Source: Octopus bimaculoides
Taxonomy: Eukaryota
Assembly: GCF_001194135.2 (NCBI RefSeq)
Contig: NW_026299678.1
Location: 1-36,562, forward strand
Direction of reading: 5' to 3'
Length of the DNA: 36,562 nt
Shown here one piece after another: positions 33,763 to 36,562 of this stretch; position 1 is the first letter of the stretch; each line of letters starts with the position of its first letter. The position numbers and the translations under genes were made by a program. Under the pieces are notes generated by a model, which worked only from the letters and a program-made list of their open reading frames with translations, had not been told where the DNA came from and did not search any database.

Positions 33763-34043
33763 TATATATATATATATATATATATANNNNNNNNNNNNNN
33801 NNNNNNNNNNNNNNNNNNNNNNNNNNNNNNNNNNNNNNNNNNNNNNNNNNNNNNNNNNNNNNNNNNNNNNNNNNNNNNNNNNNNNNNNNNNNNNNNNNNN
33901 NNNNNNNNNNNNNNNNNNNNNNNNNNNNNNNNNNNNNNNNNNNNNNNNNNNNNNNNNNNNNNNNNNNNNNNNNNNNNNNNNNNNNNATATATACATATAT
34001 ATATATGTATGTGTGTGTATATGTATGTGTGTGTATATGTTTG

Positions 34044-34278
34044 CGTAAACACACCAGCATCGGTTGTCAAGCGATGATAGAGGGACAAACACAGACACAC
34101 ATACATACATATACATATATACGACAGGCTTCTTTCAGTTTCCATCTACCAAATCCACTCACAAGGCTTTGGTGGGCCTGAGGCTATAGTAGAAGACACT
34201 TGCACAAGGTGCCACGCAGTGGGACTGAACCCTGAACCATGTGGTTGGTAAGCAAGCTACTTACCCCACAGCCACTCC
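34044..34278 (-). mobile_element. Family-B SINE (head plus part of tail)
   Basis: aaggtgccacgcagtgggactgaaccctgaaccatgtggttggtaagcaagctacttaccccacagccactcc. Confidence 0.8.
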
Positions 34279-35507
34279 TATTTATTATTTGTATACCATA
34301 AATAGGGGGGCTCCAAAAGGGGTTTCAGGGAGTAGTATCCCTGCCTTCCTGAGCTAGTTTCCCACCACATTTCTTAAAAACCATGGCAGAGGCCTTGGTC
34401 TTGGGACCACCAGTGTCTAGAAACTGAGGTTGGGGGTAAGCAAGGGCATCCTTGTTGCAGAAGATCCTGCTTCAAAAAGGCCTCACGATAGCAAAGGAGA
34501 ATGGGCACCAGCCAGCCCAAAGGTTGGGACAGGCTGCGCTTGCCTACCTCGGTTGCTATGGCATTGAGGTAAATCTGGCCACCCTTGTTAACGGGGACAA
34601 AACCTGGATTTACAATATTGGATGATCATGATACCAGAATATTGTTGACAGGGACTTCAAAGTTTCAGCCAGATAGCCATTGTCAGGCCACAATGCTTTA
34701 GAATAACTTGTTCTCTTTATGTAAACCCCTAATATCTTTGAGTGTGTGGGTTGAGTAAAAGAGGGTTCTTAACTCAACAGAAGACTATCTAAAGACAAAG
34801 CTAACACCAAAACTTCAAAGTCACTGTCAGCAACATTTATGTTTAACAATAATAAAATGCACCGAGGATGGAGGGTATTTCTAGGGAATGAAACTACCCC
34901 TGTCTCATAAAGGTCCCCCCACCACAAACAGAAGGGTGCACACGGACACACATGGACATAAACTGCATTTTCACACACTACGATGCAAACTACCACCACT
35001 GCCACCACCACCACCACCATTGTATATTTTGTAAACTGGAGGAGGTGGGGGTGGCAGAGAAGAGAGGGGAGGGTGACAAGGAAGGGCTCAAAGACTGCAG
35101 AACGAAGTGTGTGTGTGTGTGTGTGTGTAGGGGGCAGGTCCAAAATGAAAGTAGAGTCAGGTGTGAGAGGAGTCGATTGAGATGAGTGATGGGAGGAAAT
35201 TGTGGTGAATGATGACGACAACAACGACGACAACAACAACAGCAACACCAACAACAAAATGTGTGTGCGTGTGGGTGTGTGTGATGTGCGGGATAGGATG
35301 AACTTGGAACACAAAACAACAAAACACAAACAACAAAAATATATTAAAAACAAATCAAACTTTGAAATAAATACAAACAAAAGGATGGAAAACTGAAAAA
35401 TAAGCTAATGAGGGAAACTTAAAATATAAATTAAATTAATAAATTGTAAATAATAATAATAATAATAATAATGAACAAAAATAATTATAATACCTAAAAA
35501 AAAATTA

Positions 35508-35712
35508 TTCTTTCTAATAAAGGCATAAGGCTTGAAATTTGTGGGGAGGGGACTAGTCAATTTCATTAACCCCAATGTATCACTGGTACTTAATTTGTTG
35601 ACACCTCGAAAGGATGAAAGGCAAAGTCGGCCTCGGCAGAATTTGAACTCAGAACACGAAGATGGATGAAATGCTGCTAAGTGTGTTAACGATTCTGCCA
35701 GCTTGCTACCTT
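35508..35712 (-). mobile_element. Family-A SINE
   Basis: Same core and head (acgattctgccagcttgctacc) next to (AAT)n. Confidence 0.8.
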
Positions 35713-35742
35713 AATGATAATTATAAGAACATTCAGAGGGCA

Positions 35743-36100
35743 GAAGTGGCTGTGTGGTAAGTAGCTTGCTTACCAACCACATGGTTCCGGGTTCAGTCCC
35801 ACTGTGTGGCACCTTGGGCAAGTGTCTTCTACTATAGCCTCGGGCCGACCAAAGCCTTGTCAGTGGATTTGGTAGACGGAAACTGAAAGAAGCCCGTCGT
35901 ATATATGTATGCGTGTGTATATGTTTGTGTGTCTGTGTTTGTCCCCCCAACATCGCTTAACAACCAATGTTGGTGTGGTTACATCCCCGTAATTTAGCGG
36001 TTCAGCAAAAGAGACCAATAGAATAAGTACTAGGCTTACAAAGAATAAGTGCTCCAGCATGGCCGCAGTCAACTGACTGAAACTAGTGAAAGAGTAAGAA
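35743..36100 (+). mobile_element. tRNA-derived SINE (family B), near-complete: head, internal microsatellite, tail
   Basis: A-box TGGCTGTGTGGTAAG, B-box GGTTCAGTCCC; tail gtttgtcccc...gtaatttagcggttcagcaaaagagacc...ccagcatggccgcagtc. Confidence 0.85.
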
Positions 36101-36164
36101 TGTGAAGACAGTTGAAATATCGCTAAACATTTTGCCACCTTAATAATAATAATAATAATAACCT

Positions 36165-36367
36165 TCTCTACTTTCGACACAATGCCTGAAATTTTATGGT
36201 AGAGGACTAGTCGATTACATCAACCCCAGTGCGTAACTGGTACTTAACTTATCGACCCGAAAGGACGAAAGGCAAAGTTGACCTCGGCAGGATTTGAACT
36301 CAGAACGTAAAGACATACGAAATACCGCTAAGCATTTCACCCAGCGTGTTAACGATTCTGCCAGCTC
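36165..36367 (-). mobile_element. Family-A SINE
   Basis: Same core and head; abuts the next retroposon at 36366. Confidence 0.8.
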
Positions 36368-36562
36368 ATCATCGTTTAACGTCCGCTTTCCATGCTGGCA
36401 TGGGTTGGACAATTTGACTGAGGACTGGTGAAACCCGATGGCTACACCAGGCTCCAATCTGATTTGGCAGAGTTTCTACAGCTGGATGCCCTTCCTAACG
36501 CCAACCACTCCGAGAGTGTAGTGGGTGCTTTTACGTGCCACCCGCACAAAGGCCAGTCAGGC
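36366..36562 (-). mobile_element. Family-D retroposon running off the window end
   Basis: catcatcgtttaacgtccgctttccatgctggcatgggttggac... Confidence 0.8.

Noticed and set aside
34769-35380. 203-aa minus ORF and exon-like segments near 35000-35100
   Set aside because: Built largely from (GTT)n, (CA)n and (GGT)n repeats; frames stop early or lack a convincing donor.
2718-36367. tRNA genes from A/B-box motifs; CRISPR-like repeat/spacer appearance of SINE stacks
   Set aside because: The boxes belong to SINE heads without a full cloverleaf; repeats are long, diverged and microsatellite-separated in eukaryotic DNA with no cas genes.
57-36457. Most ORFs in the six-frame track (Y/I/C/V/H/T-rich or X-filled)
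   Set aside because: They are translations of dinucleotide/trinucleotide repeats, N gaps or SINE bodies with no domain signal.

Overview
Eukaryotic, AT-rich, microsatellite-saturated genomic window with many N gaps. Its repeat families look like those of coleoid cephalopods (Octopus-like); this is recognised from memory, not from a search. Nearly all ORFs in the supplied track are artefacts of (TA)n/(CA)n/(AAT)n repeats or gaps. The best-supported content is: (i) a chain of minus-strand exons with canonical splice sites and compatible phases (25808-25886, 19877-19932, 16446-16544, 8201-8686, 6387-6521) that could encode the C-terminal ~284 aa of an unidentified, possibly membrane-anchored, low-complexity (polyQ/H/T) protein, plus a candidate frame-shifting 16-nt microexon; (ii) four tRNA-derived SINE families and a (CAT)n-tailed retroposon family, many nested in microsatellites or in each other; (iii) fragments of an RTE-clade LINE, an RTE-like zinc-finger tail, a Tc1/mariner transposase and a tandem piggyBac-like MITE array; (iv) several fold-back structures (a ~200-bp palindrome, a 56-nt pre-miRNA-shaped hairpin, a twice-interrupted fold-back element, inverted SINE pairs). 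No rRNA, true tRNA gene or CRISPR array is supported. I found no demonstrably new biological system; the leads below are hypotheses to test.
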